In this document: positions 48,559 through 60,200 of the stretch, piece by piece
How the letters are laid out: each line of letters opens with the position of its first letter
How positions within the stretch are numbered: the stretch's first letter is position 1
Assembly (NCBI RefSeq): GCF_019424165.1
Contig: NZ_JAHZAA010000007.1
Coordinates: 17,915-81,914 of the forward strand
DNA length: 64,000 nt
From: Desulfovibrio sp.
GTDB taxonomy: Bacteria; Desulfobacterota; Desulfovibrionia; Desulfovibrionales; Desulfovibrionaceae
Direction of reading: 5' to 3'
The notes under the pieces: model-generated
Seen by the model: the letters and a program-made list of their open reading frames with translations, nothing else
What the model was told of the DNA's origin: nothing
Database searches by the model: none
Program-made: the position numbers and the translations under genes

Positions 48559-50712
48559 ATGCGTTTTTATATTGTCCATGAGTTGTGTGGCATAGCCACG
48601 CCCGATTCCGGCAGAATGCGCGTGCGCGCCTCTTGCCCTCTCAATCCTGCGCAGGCCGAAGCACTGGCAGGAGCCCTGTCCACCCTGCCCGGCATTATTG
48701 TGGCGCGCGTTACACCGCGCCTGGGCAGCCTGCTGTTCTTCTATGAAGACCGGCAAAGCCGCGAGAGCGCCCTGACCCTGCTCGTGGGCGCCGGCGACGA
48801 GCAAAGCCCGCTGGCGCATATGGATACCGCCGATGGCGACGCTCCCGGCCCCGGCGAAGCCACACTTACCGAAGGGCTTATGCCGGTCTTTCAGTACGTT
48901 TTTGTGCGCCCCCTGCTGCCCATGGCCCTGCGCATCGTCAACAGCGTAGTCAGCGCTGTGCCATTTCTTTTCAAGGGCATACAGGCCGTTCTGCGCGGTG
49001 CGCTCAATGTGGATGTGCTCGACGCGGCAGCCATTGGCGCTTCGCTCATCATGCGCGACTTCCGCACGGTGAGCCTGCTCACCCTGCTGCTTGGCCTGGG
49101 CGAAACGCTGGAGTACTGGACCCGCCGCCGCTCCATGGCCACGCTGACCGAAAGCCTCGCCCTTAATGTGGAAAATGTCTGGCTGCTCGTTGATGGAACG
49201 GAAATATCCGTTCCCCTTGCCCAGGTAAAAGAAGACGACCTTGTGGTTGTACGCGACGGCGGCAGCATCCCCGTGGACGGCGTGGTGGAAGAAGGCTGCG
49301 CGGTAGTCAACCAGTCCTCCATGACAGGAGAGCCGCTCGGCGTCAGAAGGGCGGTGGGAGCGTCTGTTTTTGCAGGCACCGTGGTCGAGGAAGGCCGCCT
49401 TGTCATCCGTGCCAAGCATGTGGGCGATGGCACGCGCCTGCGCCAGGTTGTCAAATTTATTGAAGAGTCGGAAACGCTCAAGGCGGGCATACAGGGTAAA
49501 TACGAACGCCTGGCAGACATGGCCGTACCCTTTACCTTTGGCCTGGCCGCCGTGGTCTGGCTGCTCACGCGGGACTTCCGCCGCGCGGCCTCTGTGCTGC
49601 TTGTGGATTACTCCTGCGCGCTCAAGCTGGCCACGCCGCTGGCGGTGCTGGCATCCATGCGTGAAGGCGCGCGCCACGGCATGGCCATCAAGGGCGGACG
49701 CTACCTTGAAGCCCTCAATGAGGCCGACACCGTTGTCTTTGACAAAACCGGCACGCTTACCCAGGCCAGCCCCAAGGTTGTGGAAATCTTTCCCGCACCG
49801 GGCTTTGACCGCACCGAAGTTCTGCGCGTCATGGCCTGCCTTGAAGAGCATTTTCCCCACCCCGTGGCGCGCGCCGTGGTGCGCAAAGCCGATGAGGAAG
49901 GGCTTAAACACGAAGAAGAACACGCCCATGTGGAATACCTTGTGGCGCACGGCGTGGCTTCTTCCCTTTACGGCAAAAAAATGCGCGTGGGCAGTCGCCA
50001 CTACATCGAGCATGACGAAGGCGTTGACCTCGGCCCCTTGCAGCATAGCATAGAAGAACAGACAGCCATGGGGCGTTCGCTGCTTTTCATGAGCGAAGAC
50101 GGCAAGCTCGCGGGCATGGTCTCCATTGAAGACCCCCTGCGTCCGGAAGCCGCGCGCGTTGTGGAAGAGCTTCGCGGCCTGGGCTTCGGGCGCATACTCA
50201 TGCTCACCGGAGATGATGAACGCAACGCGCGCGCCGTGGCCGCCAGTGTCGGCATTAACGAGTACCGCTCTCAGGTGCTGCCCGCAGACAAGGCCCGCAT
50301 TGTACAAGATCTCACCGATCAGGGCTGCAAGGTGCTCATGGTGGGCGACGGCATCAACGATGCCCCTGCCCTTTCAGCGTCACATGTGGGCGTTGCCATG
50401 AGCGACGGTACAGATCTGGCCCGCGAGGTAGCCAACGTGCTGCTGACCCATCCCAGCCTTGAAGGGATTGTCAATGCCCGTTTGCTGGGCAGGCGAACCC
50501 TGCGGCGCATACACTTCAACTTTGTATCCACGCTGGCGCTCAATAGCGCATTTCTTGTGGGCGGACTTTTCATGATCATCGGCCCCGGCGTTTCAGCCCT
50601 GCTGCATAATGTCACGACTCTGGGCGTGGCGCTCAACGCCATGCGACCGCATTTGCCCAAAAAGGCCCTTCCGGGCGAGGAGAGCCATTTTGAACACTCT
50701 GCATCTTCTTAA
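48559..50712 (+). CDS. heavy-metal P1B-type ATPase, SCA motif (putative Fe2+)
   Basis: N-terminal GRMRVR HMA2-like domain, TGE, DYSCALKL, DKTGTLT, HP, GDGINDAPAL, LLHN. Confidence 0.92.
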   Translation: MRFYIVHELCGIATPDSGRMRVRASCPLNPAQAEALAGALSTLPGIIVARVTPRLGSLLFFYEDRQSRESALTLLVGAGDEQSPLAHMDTADGDAPGPGEATLTEGLMPVFQYVFVRPLLPMALRIVNSVVSAVPFLFKGIQAVLRGALNVDVLDAAAIGASLIMRDFRTVSLLTLLLGLGETLEYWTRRRSMATLTESLALNVENVWLLVDGTEISVPLAQVKEDDLVVVRDGGSIPVDGVVEEGCAVVNQSSMTGEPLGVRRAVGASVFAGTVVEEGRLVIRAKHVGDGTRLRQVVKFIEESETLKAGIQGKYERLADMAVPFTFGLAAVVWLLTRDFRRAASVLLVDYSCALKLATPLAVLASMREGARHGMAIKGGRYLEALNEADTVVFDKTGTLTQASPKVVEIFPAPGFDRTEVLRVMACLEEHFPHPVARAVVRKADEEGLKHEEEHAHVEYLVAHGVASSLYGKKMRVGSRHYIEHDEGVDLGPLQHSIEEQTAMGRSLLFMSEDGKLAGMVSIEDPLRPEAARVVEELRGLGFGRILMLTGDDERNARAVAASVGINEYRSQVLPADKARIVQDLTDQGCKVLMVGDGINDAPALSASHVGVAMSDGTDLAREVANVLLTHPSLEGIVNARLLGRRTLRRIHFNFVSTLALNSAFLVGGLFMIIGPGVSALLHNVTTLGVALNAMRPHLPKKALPGEESHFEHSASS

Positions 50713-50977
50713 ATATGTACGCAGTTTTGTGGACGGAAGAGTGCGCATACGCCACCCCGCCCTCCGCAACGAATCCGTAGCCGCGCTTGCCGAAGCCCGC
50801 ATGAAGACCATTGCCGGAGTAAACTCTGTGGAATGCAATCCTGTAAGCGGCTCCGTGCTCATTCTCTATGACAGCAAGGCCATACCGAAAGAACGGCTTT
50901 TTGCCATAGGCGAGGCCTGGGCCGTCTACCTTGATAAAATCAAGGACGGCAAACCGGCGGACGTGCCGGAATTTTAA
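50690..50977 (+). CDS. HMA2-like domain small protein
   Basis: TTG start with RBS GAGGAG. YVRSFVDGRVRIRHPAL...NPVSGSVLILYD. Confidence 0.78.
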   Translation: MNTLHLLKYVRSFVDGRVRIRHPALRNESVAALAEARMKTIAGVNSVECNPVSGSVLILYDSKAIPKERLFAIGEAWAVYLDKIKDGKPADVPEF

Positions 50978-51005
50978 GCCTCCCACACCTCAGACCACAC
51001 AGACC

Positions 51006-51034
51006 AAAGGCCCCGGAATCGTTCCGGGGCCTTT
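51006..51034. terminator. bidirectional-type terminator
   Basis: AAAGGCCCCGGAA-TCG-TTCCGGGGCCTTT. Confidence 0.8.
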
Positions 51035-51126
51035 GCATATTGCCTGCCTGGCACTGTTCATAAACGGGAGCGTCAAAGACTCTCGGGCTGTTTGCTGTTT
51101 ATCCCTGTGCAGCCAGCCATCCAGCT

Positions 51127-52281
51127 TCAAAGATTTGCGGGTCCGCGCACGCCCATGCGCTCCAGCGCATCCAGCACGTCGCTCACGGGCAGATTCTCCA
51201 GGCAGGTCACCGGCGGTTCGGGATATTCAAAGCCAAGATTCAGATAGGCGCAGGCCCCCGAATGCGGCAGCAGACTTTGCACCTGCCTGCCCCAGGGGCC
51301 CCAGCGGAGAGGATTGGTAGGCCCGTGCAGCCCCACTGTGGGCGCACCGGCAAGAGCCGCCAGATGCATGGTTCCTGTATTGACCGAAACAGCCGCTGCC
51401 GCCCTGGAAAACATCCAGGCAAGCCCGGCAAGCGACAGGTCGCCCGCCAGGGACACGGCGGGACAGTCCGCGTGAGCCACAAGAAAAGCCGCGTTTCGTG
51501 CGGCATCGCCGGGCGCCCCGGTGAGGCAGACCTGAAAGCCGCGCCCGGCCAGTTCCCGGGCCAGAGCCGCCCAGTGGCCCGAAGGCCATTCCTTGAGCCG
51601 GGCATGAATGCCCGACGGCCACATGTGCAGATAAATACGCGGAAGGCGTGCTCCCGCAAGCTCTGCCAGCATGTGATCGGCCTTGGCGGCATCCGCTGGC
51701 GCCTCAACAGGCAGGGCAAGGCATGGCTCACCCTCCAGATCGTCATACACCGCTTTGCCCAGAGCCAGAAAATTTTCCACCTCGTGCCTGTCCGCGCAGT
51801 GCGGCACCCTGTGCGAGTAACCGTAGGCCCTGCTCTGCCCCGGGGTATCAAAGCCCACGGTGCAGGGCGCTCCTGACAGGTTGCTCAGCACAGCCCCGAG
51901 CCGGGGCCACTGGCTGCTGTCAAAAAGCATGTCCAGCTTTTTCCCGCGCAGCCAGTCCAGCATGGCCGGAACCTTGCGCACACCAAAGGAGGCGCTTTCA
52001 TCAATACCTGGAATCAGCGATGCCGTAGCGGCGTTCCCGCTGGTGGTCAGCAGATAAAAGCGCGCATGGGGGAGACGCCTGCGCAAGGCCGTAATCAGGG
52101 ATGACAAAAGCAGCAGGTCGCCAATGGCGCCAAGGCAGAGAAATCCTACCCGCTGCGGTTCGGACGGCATGTTCAGCCTGGCTGTTCCTGCCACGGCCCG
52201 CAGCCCCGCCGTGCAGACGGTCAGCGGGATGCCCGCCCACCGGTCAAGAAAGCGGTTCAATCTGTTACCGCGCTCACCCAT
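51127..52281 (-). CDS. glycosyltransferase family 9 (heptosyltransferase-like)
   Basis: GAIGDLLL, HEVE, KEWP, VNTGTMHLAA, GPTNP.RWGP. TGATG-coupled to the upstream gene. Confidence 0.88.
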   Translation of the reverse strand: MGERGNRLNRFLDRWAGIPLTVCTAGLRAVAGTARLNMPSEPQRVGFLCLGAIGDLLLLSSLITALRRRLPHARFYLLTTSGNAATASLIPGIDESASFGVRKVPAMLDWLRGKKLDMLFDSSQWPRLGAVLSNLSGAPCTVGFDTPGQSRAYGYSHRVPHCADRHEVENFLALGKAVYDDLEGEPCLALPVEAPADAAKADHMLAELAGARLPRIYLHMWPSGIHARLKEWPSGHWAALARELAGRGFQVCLTGAPGDAARNAAFLVAHADCPAVSLAGDLSLAGLAWMFSRAAAAVSVNTGTMHLAALAGAPTVGLHGPTNPLRWGPWGRQVQSLLPHSGACAYLNLGFEYPEPPVTCLENLPVSDVLDALERMGVRGPANL

Positions 52282-53681
52282 CAGTAGGCTCCCTGCCCCA
52301 GAATAACCACAGGCACGGTTTTGCACAGAATCCACAGATCCATCCATACGGACCAGTTATTAATATAATACTGGTCAAAATTCACGCGCTCCTCATAGGT
52401 GGTGTTATTGCGGCCGGAAACCTGCCACAACCCCGTAATACCGGGCCGTACCATACAGTATTCGTCAAATACAGAGCCGTATTTTTTCACTTCGCCCCTG
52501 ACGATGGGGCGCGGCCCCACAAGGCTCATATCGCCCGTCACCACGTTGATGAGCTGCGGCAGTTCGTCAAGGCTGAGCTTGCGCAGCAAACGGCCCACGC
52601 GGGTAATGCGCGGGTCACATTTCAACTTGCGGTCGCAGGCCCATTCTGCGCGCAGGGTGGCATCGCTGCTCAGCATATCCTTGAGCACCTTGTCCGCATC
52701 ACACACCATAGTGCGGAACTTGAATATCCGGATATCCTTGCCGCCCCGCCCGATGCGCGTCTGGCGGTAAAAAACCGGCCCGGGGCTGTCCAGCTTGATA
52801 ATAAGGGCAAGAACAGCCCCAAGAGGCAGTAAAAGGGCCGAACCAAGCAGGCACAAGCCGATATCCAGACATCTTTTGACAAAAAGCCGGCGCTTGTCGC
52901 GCAGGTTCTGCCGTACCAGCAGCCCCACGGCATTGCCCAGATCACGCGGCGTCAGCCAGTGGACGCGAAAACTGCCGCCAAAGGCCGGAACCACAAGGGT
53001 ACTGCTGAAATACCGGCTGGCCTCGGTAATCACGTCCACATCCTGCGCCTTGCCCACCTTTTGCAACAGCAGGGCCATGGCCTTGGGCTGCCGGGAGGAA
53101 ACAGAGGCAAACAGACGGCGCATCTCCTCCGGGGCTTCGGGCAGATCGTAAATGGCCACCGGGTTGAGCCCCCTGTCGGGATGACGCTTCAGATAGCGCC
53201 ACAGCTCGCGCCCTTCGCTGCAATGATCAAAAATAACCAGTGGTTTGCCCCACCAGCGCCGCCGCGCGTAAAGGCGGCGGCACAAGCTGCGCATGAGCGG
53301 CATGCTGAAGAGAGTGGCGGCCCAGCTGCCCATAATGACAATACGCGAATAGGCATCGCCGGTTTTGGACAGAAAAAGCACTGCCAGAATAATGGCGTAC
53401 AGAAGGCTTGTCAGTTGAAACAGTGCCTTGAGTTCACGGTGCGGCGCAAGGCTCACTGTCTGGTACAGCCCCAGTCCGGCTCCCAAAACAGGGCCGAGCA
53501 GAAGCATGGGTACAACCCAGTGATACAGTGCGGGATCAAGGCCGCCAAAAGCGGCTCTGCCAAGAAGCACGACAAGAGCGGTCCCCAGAAGGGCCAGCAG
53601 GTCAAACAGACACAGCAGAAATTTCTGGGCGGAAATACCGAAAAGAGAGGCGAGGTAAACCCAGCGCGAGGTTTTTTTCAT
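52281..53681 (-). CDS. wbaP: undecaprenyl-phosphate glycosylphosphotransferase (WbaP-like)
   Basis: N-terminal TMs, KRCLD, KFRTM, DPRIT, SLDELPQL, MSLVGPRP, PGITGLWQV. Start uncertain (53681 or 53690). Confidence 0.88.
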   Translation of the reverse strand: MKKTSRWVYLASLFGISAQKFLLCLFDLLALLGTALVVLLGRAAFGGLDPALYHWVVPMLLLGPVLGAGLGLYQTVSLAPHRELKALFQLTSLLYAIILAVLFLSKTGDAYSRIVIMGSWAATLFSMPLMRSLCRRLYARRRWWGKPLVIFDHCSEGRELWRYLKRHPDRGLNPVAIYDLPEAPEEMRRLFASVSSRQPKAMALLLQKVGKAQDVDVITEASRYFSSTLVVPAFGGSFRVHWLTPRDLGNAVGLLVRQNLRDKRRLFVKRCLDIGLCLLGSALLLPLGAVLALIIKLDSPGPVFYRQTRIGRGGKDIRIFKFRTMVCDADKVLKDMLSSDATLRAEWACDRKLKCDPRITRVGRLLRKLSLDELPQLINVVTGDMSLVGPRPIVRGEVKKYGSVFDEYCMVRPGITGLWQVSGRNNTTYEERVNFDQYYINNWSVWMDLWILCKTVPVVILGQGAY

Positions 53682-54049
53682 GGCACCCATCCCGGAAAAA
53701 ACAGTGCCGCTTGCGCGGCAAAACCACCGGGGTTGATTGTTTTGGTCTGCAACAGGCCTGGAGCATCGCACCATGCTTTAAACCATATTATTATCCCATA
53801 TTCGTTCCCTCTGCAAACGGCAAAAAACAATCCATCCCGGTCGGCTTGCGTCACGGCACAGCTTCTGTTAGATAAAATCCTTGTTTTGCCGTAGCCAGCG
53901 CGGCGGCAGGGCATGCGCCCTGCCTGTGTGCGCTCGCGTACCCCGCGGCCTGAACCACGGGGCGCGTATCCATTTTCAGCGGCTGCCGCTACTGTTTTCG
54001 CGGTCCTGCCGTATAAAGGCCACTGCTATTTCCGAGGGGGAAAACGAGC

Positions 54050-54793
54050 ATGAAAAAATTTCTTGTCTGCGCCCTGCTGGCTGCCGTTATGGCCGCCGTG
54101 CCCGCTTTTGCCAAAAAAAGCTATGTGAACGGCATTGACCCCAATTATCCGCCTTTCGCCTATATGGATGAAAAAACCGGCCAGCCCGCCGGCTTTGACG
54201 TGGATTCGCTCAACTGGATAGCCAAGACCATGGGCTTCGAAATCACGCACAAACCCATGGCCTGGGACGGCATCATTCCCGCCCTTGTGGCCAAGCAGAT
54301 CGACATGGTGGACTCCGGCATGAGCATCACGCCCGAGCGCGCCAGAGTCGTGGAATTTTCCGAACCGTACTGGACGGTTTCGCGCGTGTTTATCGTACCC
54401 GCCGACTCCACGCTGACCCCGCAGGACGTCCTGACCAAAAAGGTCAAGCTCGGCGTGCAGCGCGGCACCTCTGAAGCCAACGCCATCAAGCAGGAACAGC
54501 AGGAAAAGGGGTATCCTTTTGAACTGCGCTTCTACGAGTCCGCCCCCCTGGCTGTGGAAGACCTGCTCAACGGCCGCATTGAAGTGGCCCTTATGGACGA
54601 ACTGCCCGCCGACGACGCCATTGCCAAAGGCCGTGCCGTCAAAAAGGCCGGTGTCCACGGCGAACCCGACAAATTCGGCGTAGCCATGCGCAAGGGCGAT
54701 AAAGACCTGCACAAGCTCATCAATGAAGGCTACAAAAAGCTTATGGCCGATCCGTACTGGCAGGAACTGCAGAAAAAATACCTGAATAAATAA
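54050..54793 (+). CDS. polar amino-acid ABC transporter substrate-binding protein
   Basis: Signal peptide, YPPF, GFDVD, WDGIIPAL, SITPER, QRGT. Confidence 0.93.
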   Translation: MKKFLVCALLAAVMAAVPAFAKKSYVNGIDPNYPPFAYMDEKTGQPAGFDVDSLNWIAKTMGFEITHKPMAWDGIIPALVAKQIDMVDSGMSITPERARVVEFSEPYWTVSRVFIVPADSTLTPQDVLTKKVKLGVQRGTSEANAIKQEQQEKGYPFELRFYESAPLAVEDLLNGRIEVALMDELPADDAIAKGRAVKKAGVHGEPDKFGVAMRKGDKDLHKLINEGYKKLMADPYWQELQKKYLNK

Positions 54794-54818
54794 GCAACGC
54801 GAAAGCGCTGAACGGCAG

Positions 54819-54851
54819 GCGCGGACCGCCGGTTATTCCGGCGGTCCGCGC
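54819..54851 (+). other. intercistronic GC-rich hairpin after the binding-protein gene (mRNA stabiliser or attenuator-like)
   Basis: GCGCGGACCGCCGG-TTATT-CCGGCGGTCCGCGC, 14-bp stem, no U tract. Confidence 0.6.
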
Positions 54852-54883
54852 TGTTCTGCCCAACCTACGGCAAAACCCCGCAT

Positions 54884-55576
54884 ATGGACTCACTTTCAGT
54901 AGTTTACCACGCCCTGCCGTCCATGCTGGCCGGCTGCATAGTCACGGTGGGCAACGTGACCATTTCTCTCGCCATGGGCCTTGTGCTCGGCGTTCCTATG
55001 GCTGTGGCCCAGGTTTACGGCGGCCCCTGGCTGCGCCGTCTGGTCGCGCTCTATGTGTGGTTTTTCCGGGGCGTACCCATTCTTGTGCTGCTTTTTCTGT
55101 GCTACGGTTTTTTCATCAGTCTTGGGCTGCCGGCAGACCCGTTTCTTATATGCTGCCTCGTACTTGGCTGCACCAGCACGGCCTACCAGTCGCAAATCTT
55201 CCGGGGAGCCATTGAAAGCCTGCCCCAGGGACAGCTCAACGCGGCACGCGCTCTGGGCATGGGTGAAAGCACGGGTATTTGCAGCATCATACTGCCCCAG
55301 GCCATGCGCCTGTCCATTCCCGGCTGGGCCAACGAATTTTCCATTCTGCTCAAAGACTCGGCCATCTGCTACGTTCTCGGCACACAGGATATCATGGCAA
55401 GAACGTCTTTTGTGGCCGCGCGCACGCACGAGCATCTGGCCCTTTACGCGGCGGCGGGCTGCATTTATTTTCTGCTGACACTGGCGGTGCTGAAACTTCT
55501 GCGTCGTCTGGAAAAAAGAGTTCATGTACCGGGATATTCCACGGGCATGGGCATGGAAGGCACGGGTGCGGGATAA
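54884..55576 (+). CDS. amino-acid ABC transporter permease
   Basis: FRGVPILV, EAA-like GQLNAARALGM, ILPQA, LKDS. Confidence 0.92.
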   Translation: MDSLSVVYHALPSMLAGCIVTVGNVTISLAMGLVLGVPMAVAQVYGGPWLRRLVALYVWFFRGVPILVLLFLCYGFFISLGLPADPFLICCLVLGCTSTAYQSQIFRGAIESLPQGQLNAARALGMGESTGICSIILPQAMRLSIPGWANEFSILLKDSAICYVLGTQDIMARTSFVAARTHEHLALYAAAGCIYFLLTLAVLKLLRRLEKRVHVPGYSTGMGMEGTGAG

Positions 55577-55579
55577 GCC

Positions 55580-56338
55580 ATGAATGTGGACGAACAAGCG
55601 ATTCTGCGTGTTGAAGGCATCTCCAAGAAGCTGGGCGGCAAGCCCATTCTGGACAATTGCAATCTTTCGGTGCGCCGGGGCGAACTCAAGGTGCTCATCG
55701 GGCCTTCAGGCGCCGGCAAAAGCACCTTGCTGCAGAGCATCAACTGTCTTATCCCCCCGGACAAAGGCGATATCTATCTTGAAGGCCAGCGCCTTGACCG
55801 CGCCAGCAAGGCCGCCTTGTGCGCCTTTCGCACTCAGGTGGGCATGATCTTTCAGGACTTCAACCTGTTCGATCACCTTACAGCCGAGGAAAACGTGGCT
55901 ATTGCCCTGCGCAAGGTGCGCGGCATGAACCACAAAGACGCCAAAGCCCGCGCCCATGAGGAACTGGCGCGCGTCGGCCTGGCCCGCCGCGCCCTGCTCT
56001 ACCCGGCCCAGCTTTCCGGCGGCCAGAAACAGCGCGTGGCCATGGCCCGCGCCCTGGCCATGGACCCAAAAGTCATTCTGCTGGACGAACCGACATCGGC
56101 GCTGGACCCGGAACTTGTGGGCGAAGTGCTCGCTGTCATACGCGACCTTGCCAGCGGGGGCATGACCATGATCATGGCTACCCATCAGATGGAATTTGCC
56201 CGCGCTCTGGCCACAGAGATCATTTTTATGGAACACGGCAAGCTGATTGAACAGGGCGCGCCCGAGGTTCTCCTGGCTGAAGGCTCCGCCACGCGCACCC
56301 GCGACTTCTGCCAGCGCCTGCTGGAGATGGGGGTTTAG
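55580..56338 (+). CDS. amino-acid ABC transporter ATP-binding protein
   Basis: [31 protein letters not shown]. Confidence 0.94.
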   Translation: MNVDEQAILRVEGISKKLGGKPILDNCNLSVRRGELKVLIGPSGAGKSTLLQSINCLIPPDKGDIYLEGQRLDRASKAALCAFRTQVGMIFQDFNLFDHLTAEENVAIALRKVRGMNHKDAKARAHEELARVGLARRALLYPAQLSGGQKQRVAMARALAMDPKVILLDEPTSALDPELVGEVLAVIRDLASGGMTMIMATHQMEFARALATEIIFMEHGKLIEQGAPEVLLAEGSATRTRDFCQRLLEMGV

Positions 56339-56339
56339 C

Positions 56340-57008
56340 GTGCTGGACACGGCCTTTTTCAGCCACGAGCTTATCCCCGCCCTTAACAGGGGTCTGCTCG
56401 TATCCCTGGCGCTCATCATTCCCGCAGGCAGCCTGGGCTTTGTGGGCGGCGTGCTGCTGGGCTGCGCCCGCGCCTTCGGCCCGCGCTGGATGCGCCGCGT
56501 GGGCGACTGGTTTACCGCTATCGTGCGCGGCGTGCCGCTGCTGGTACAATTGATGATGATCTATTACGCCCTGCCCAAGCTCGGCATCTATTTTCCACCG
56601 TATGGAGCCGCCCTTACAAGCTTTATCCTGTGTACGGCGGCCTACCAGAGCGAATATGTGCGCGGGGCGCTGCTCTCCATCCGCCAGGGGCAGATACGGG
56701 CGGCCCAGGCCCTGGGATTCAGCACCTGGAAAACGGTGGCCTGGATAGTCGTGCCGCAAGCGGCGCGGCGCGCCCTTCCCGGCTGCGGCAACGAGATCAT
56801 CTACCTCATCAAGTACAGTTCACTGGCCTATTTCGTCACCTGCATGGAGCTTATGGGCGAGGGCAAGGTGGTGGCGTCAGACACATTCCGCTTTACTGAA
56901 GTGTTCGTAACAGTGGGGGCCTACTACCTGGCCATGGTTACGCTGGCGACATTTTTTCTCCGCTGGCTTGAACGCCGCTTTTATGTCCCCGGGTTTGGCG
57001 CACGGTAA
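56340..57008 (+). CDS. amino-acid ABC transporter permease
   Basis: GTG start, RGVPLLVQL, AYQSEYVRG, GQIRAAQALG, IKYSSL. Confidence 0.92.
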   Translation: MLDTAFFSHELIPALNRGLLVSLALIIPAGSLGFVGGVLLGCARAFGPRWMRRVGDWFTAIVRGVPLLVQLMMIYYALPKLGIYFPPYGAALTSFILCTAAYQSEYVRGALLSIRQGQIRAAQALGFSTWKTVAWIVVPQAARRALPGCGNEIIYLIKYSSLAYFVTCMELMGEGKVVASDTFRFTEVFVTVGAYYLAMVTLATFFLRWLERRFYVPGFGAR

Positions 57009-57032
57009 GAATTTCTTTCTTTCCCGCAATGG

Positions 57033-57069
57033 AAAGGCTCTCCACTCTATACGGTGGGGAGCTTTTTTT
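57033..57069 (+). terminator. terminator of the ABC operon
   Basis: GCTCTCCAC...GTGGGGAGC followed by T7. Confidence 0.7.
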
Positions 57070-57238
57070 ACAGCACAGGGCAATTCCTACAGATATGCAC
57101 ATATTCCAGATATGGAATATTCAAAAATAATTCTGTATAGGTTTCATATGCCATATTTTTCTTATACAGAACATTGTACATATCAAACTTTCAATCACAA
57201 AATGTTTAAAAACATCAGCCGGATATAATGAGACCGGA

Positions 57239-60200
57239 ATGAAAAAAAATATAGGCTCCCTGAAAGTACGCGTTACCACCTGCTTACAGCATGAATGGGC
57301 AAGATATCTGGCTTCTGTTTCATTAATTTTCCTTTCCATTCTCATTGTTTATGCTTTCAATATTCCCAACCCCATGATCATTCTGATGATCCCCATTGTG
57401 TATGCTACATATTCCAGCGGTTATCTTGGGGGCGCTCTCAACGGCTGTGTGGCATTTGCGTACAGTGCCCATTTTTTTCTGGTCAAGACCAACGATCCGG
57501 CCGGCGCTTACAAATCCGTCACCATTGCCCTGTCTATCTTCGCCATTGTCCTTCTTGTAGGAAAGCTCAAATCACGGGAAGAAAAAAACATCCAGGAACT
57601 CAAGCGCTATGGTGATGCGCTGGTTCACATGGCTACCACCGACAAATTGACAGGCGCCTCGAACCGGCATGCTTTTTTCAAGAGGGGAGCGGCCCTGCAC
57701 GAACACAGCAAAAAATTCAACATGCCCGTCTCGGTTCTCTTCATCGACATCGATCATTTCAAGCAGGTGAACGACCTCTATGGACACGCCTTCGGCGATG
57801 CGGTTCTGGAGCGTATTTCATATGCCATCAAGCGCTGTTTGCGCGGCAGCGACATCAACTGCCGTTATGGCGGCGAAGAATTTGTGGTTCTGCTGGCCCA
57901 CGCGGACAGCGATGCGGCTCACCTTGTGGCGCACCGCATCATGAACATGGTGCAGCGCATACGCTTTCAGCAGTATCCCGACCTGCGGCTTTCTGTCAGC
58001 ATCGGTCTTTCCAGCATGCAGCCCGCAGCCCCCCGGAGCCTTGAGCACCTTATCCGCTGCGCGGACAGCGCCATGTACCAGGCCAAGCAGGACGGCCGTA
58101 ACCGGGTAGTTGTGGAACATCCCGAACCGTATACGGGCAAGCCCAGAGAAATCCCCCTGTCCGTCCTGCAGACGGCCACACCGGCACACCCGATGGATCA
58201 GGGCATGATCTCCGACATGCCGGAAGAAGAAAAAGCGTTAATGCAGGACACGCTGCTGAACACCCTCGAACAGATGCTGGAACTGGTCTACGTAGTGGAT
58301 GTGACCACTTATGAGCTGCTTTACATCAACGCCTCGGCACGGGAAAAATACGGCATCGATAATTCACGTGGCGCCAAATGTCATCAGCTGCTGCAAGGGC
58401 TGGATACCCCGTGCTCTTTCTGCCTCAACGACCGGCTCACATTTGACAGTGTGTATTCCTGGGAATTTACCAACAAAATGCTGGGGCGGCACTTCATTTT
58501 GCGCGACAGGCTCGTAAACTGGAACGGCAGAAAAGCACGGATGCAGATCGCAACCGACAGCAGAGAGAGGGAGCTGGAACGCCAAGCGCGGCAAGACGCG
58601 CTGGAGGGAGAGCAAGTCAACAGGGGCTGCATTGCCCTGCTCTATAATGAAAAAACCCTGTCAGAAGCTCTGGAAGATCTGCTGAAGCGGGTAGGCAAGC
58701 ACTTTGGCGCAGACCGTGCCTATTTCTTTTGGCTTTCCGGCACAACATTCTTGCTGAACAGCGAATGGCGGGCCGCCAGCCTGACCCAAAAACGCTACCA
58801 GACACTGGACGAAGCCCGCTTTCAGCAATGGAAAATGTCTGCGGACACCAGCGAATACCTTGTTATCAGCAATATGGAGCAGCAACAGGAGGCCTACAAG
58901 GACCTTTATGCCCAGGGCATCCGCAACCTTGTGATCATGCCTCTGGAACAGAACGGAACGTTGCTGGGTTTCTGGGGTATGGAAAACGCTGCTTCCGGAA
59001 GAATCCGCGAAATCGCGCCCCTGCTGCTTTCGCTGCGCTATTTTCTGCTCTCAACCATACGCCGCATCAACTCCGAAGAACTGCTGGTCAAGCTGAGCTT
59101 TGAGGACAGCCTCACGGGCCTGCACAACAGGAACTCTTACCTGCAAGACATTTCCGGCGCTAAAGACACGCACAATGCGGGCATCGCCTATCTTTCCATC
59201 AATGAAATGAAACGGATCAACGACGTGTTCGGCCAGGCCCACGGCGACCGGCTGCTGGTGGACTGCGCGCACTGTGTCAAAAAGACCTTTCCTTCGGGTA
59301 CAGCCTACCGCGTGGGCGGGGACGAGTTTCTTGTCATGTGCAAAAACATACCCCGGGAAGGCTTTGAACAGTGCGTTCGCCTGCTCAAGGTACACTGCTC
59401 CGCCTTTCAGGATTGTCGCGTGGCCATCGGCCATCAGTGGGCCGAAACAACAGCCGCCATGCAGGACCTGGCCCATGCGGCGGAAAAACTCATGTATCAG
59501 GACAAGAAAAATCACTACCGGAAAAACCTTCCCAGTGACCGTTACCGCCACTACAACGATGACGTCTTCTGCCTGACCGAACCGGGCATGCTGAAAAAAA
59601 GCCTGCACGAAGGCGCGTTTACCGTCTATCTCCAGCCCAAGGTGTCTTCTGCCGACCGCAGGGTCAGCGGCTGTGAAGCTCTGGTGCGCTATCTGCAAAA
59701 AGACGGCACTGTCACGCCCCCATCGCAGTTTTTGCCAGTTCTTGAAGACACAAAACTCATCGGCATTCTTGATTTTTATGTTTTTGATATTGTTTGCGCC
59801 AGCATAGCCCGGTGGCTTGCCGAGGGCAGGCGGGCTATTCCCATATCCGTGAACTTTTCGCGCTACACCCTGGCAGAACAGGATTTTCTCACGCGGCTGC
59901 AAACGGTTTTCAAGGGCTACGGCATTGATAAAAAATGGGTGATCATTGAGGTGACGGAAAGCGTGAAGGGCGTGGAGGGCATGAACCTGCTTGCCCTGAT
60001 CGACAGTATTCGCGAGATGGGCTTTGCCGTGGCCATTGACGATTTTGGGGTAGACTTTGCCAACCTGTCGCTCTTTTCACTGGCAAATTTCGACGAACTC
60101 AAGGTGGATAAAGCCCTTGTGGACAGCATCGTGACCAATCAGAAAACCCAGATGGTCATTGAAGCCGTGGTGGACATGTGCCGCAGAATGGACATTCGCG

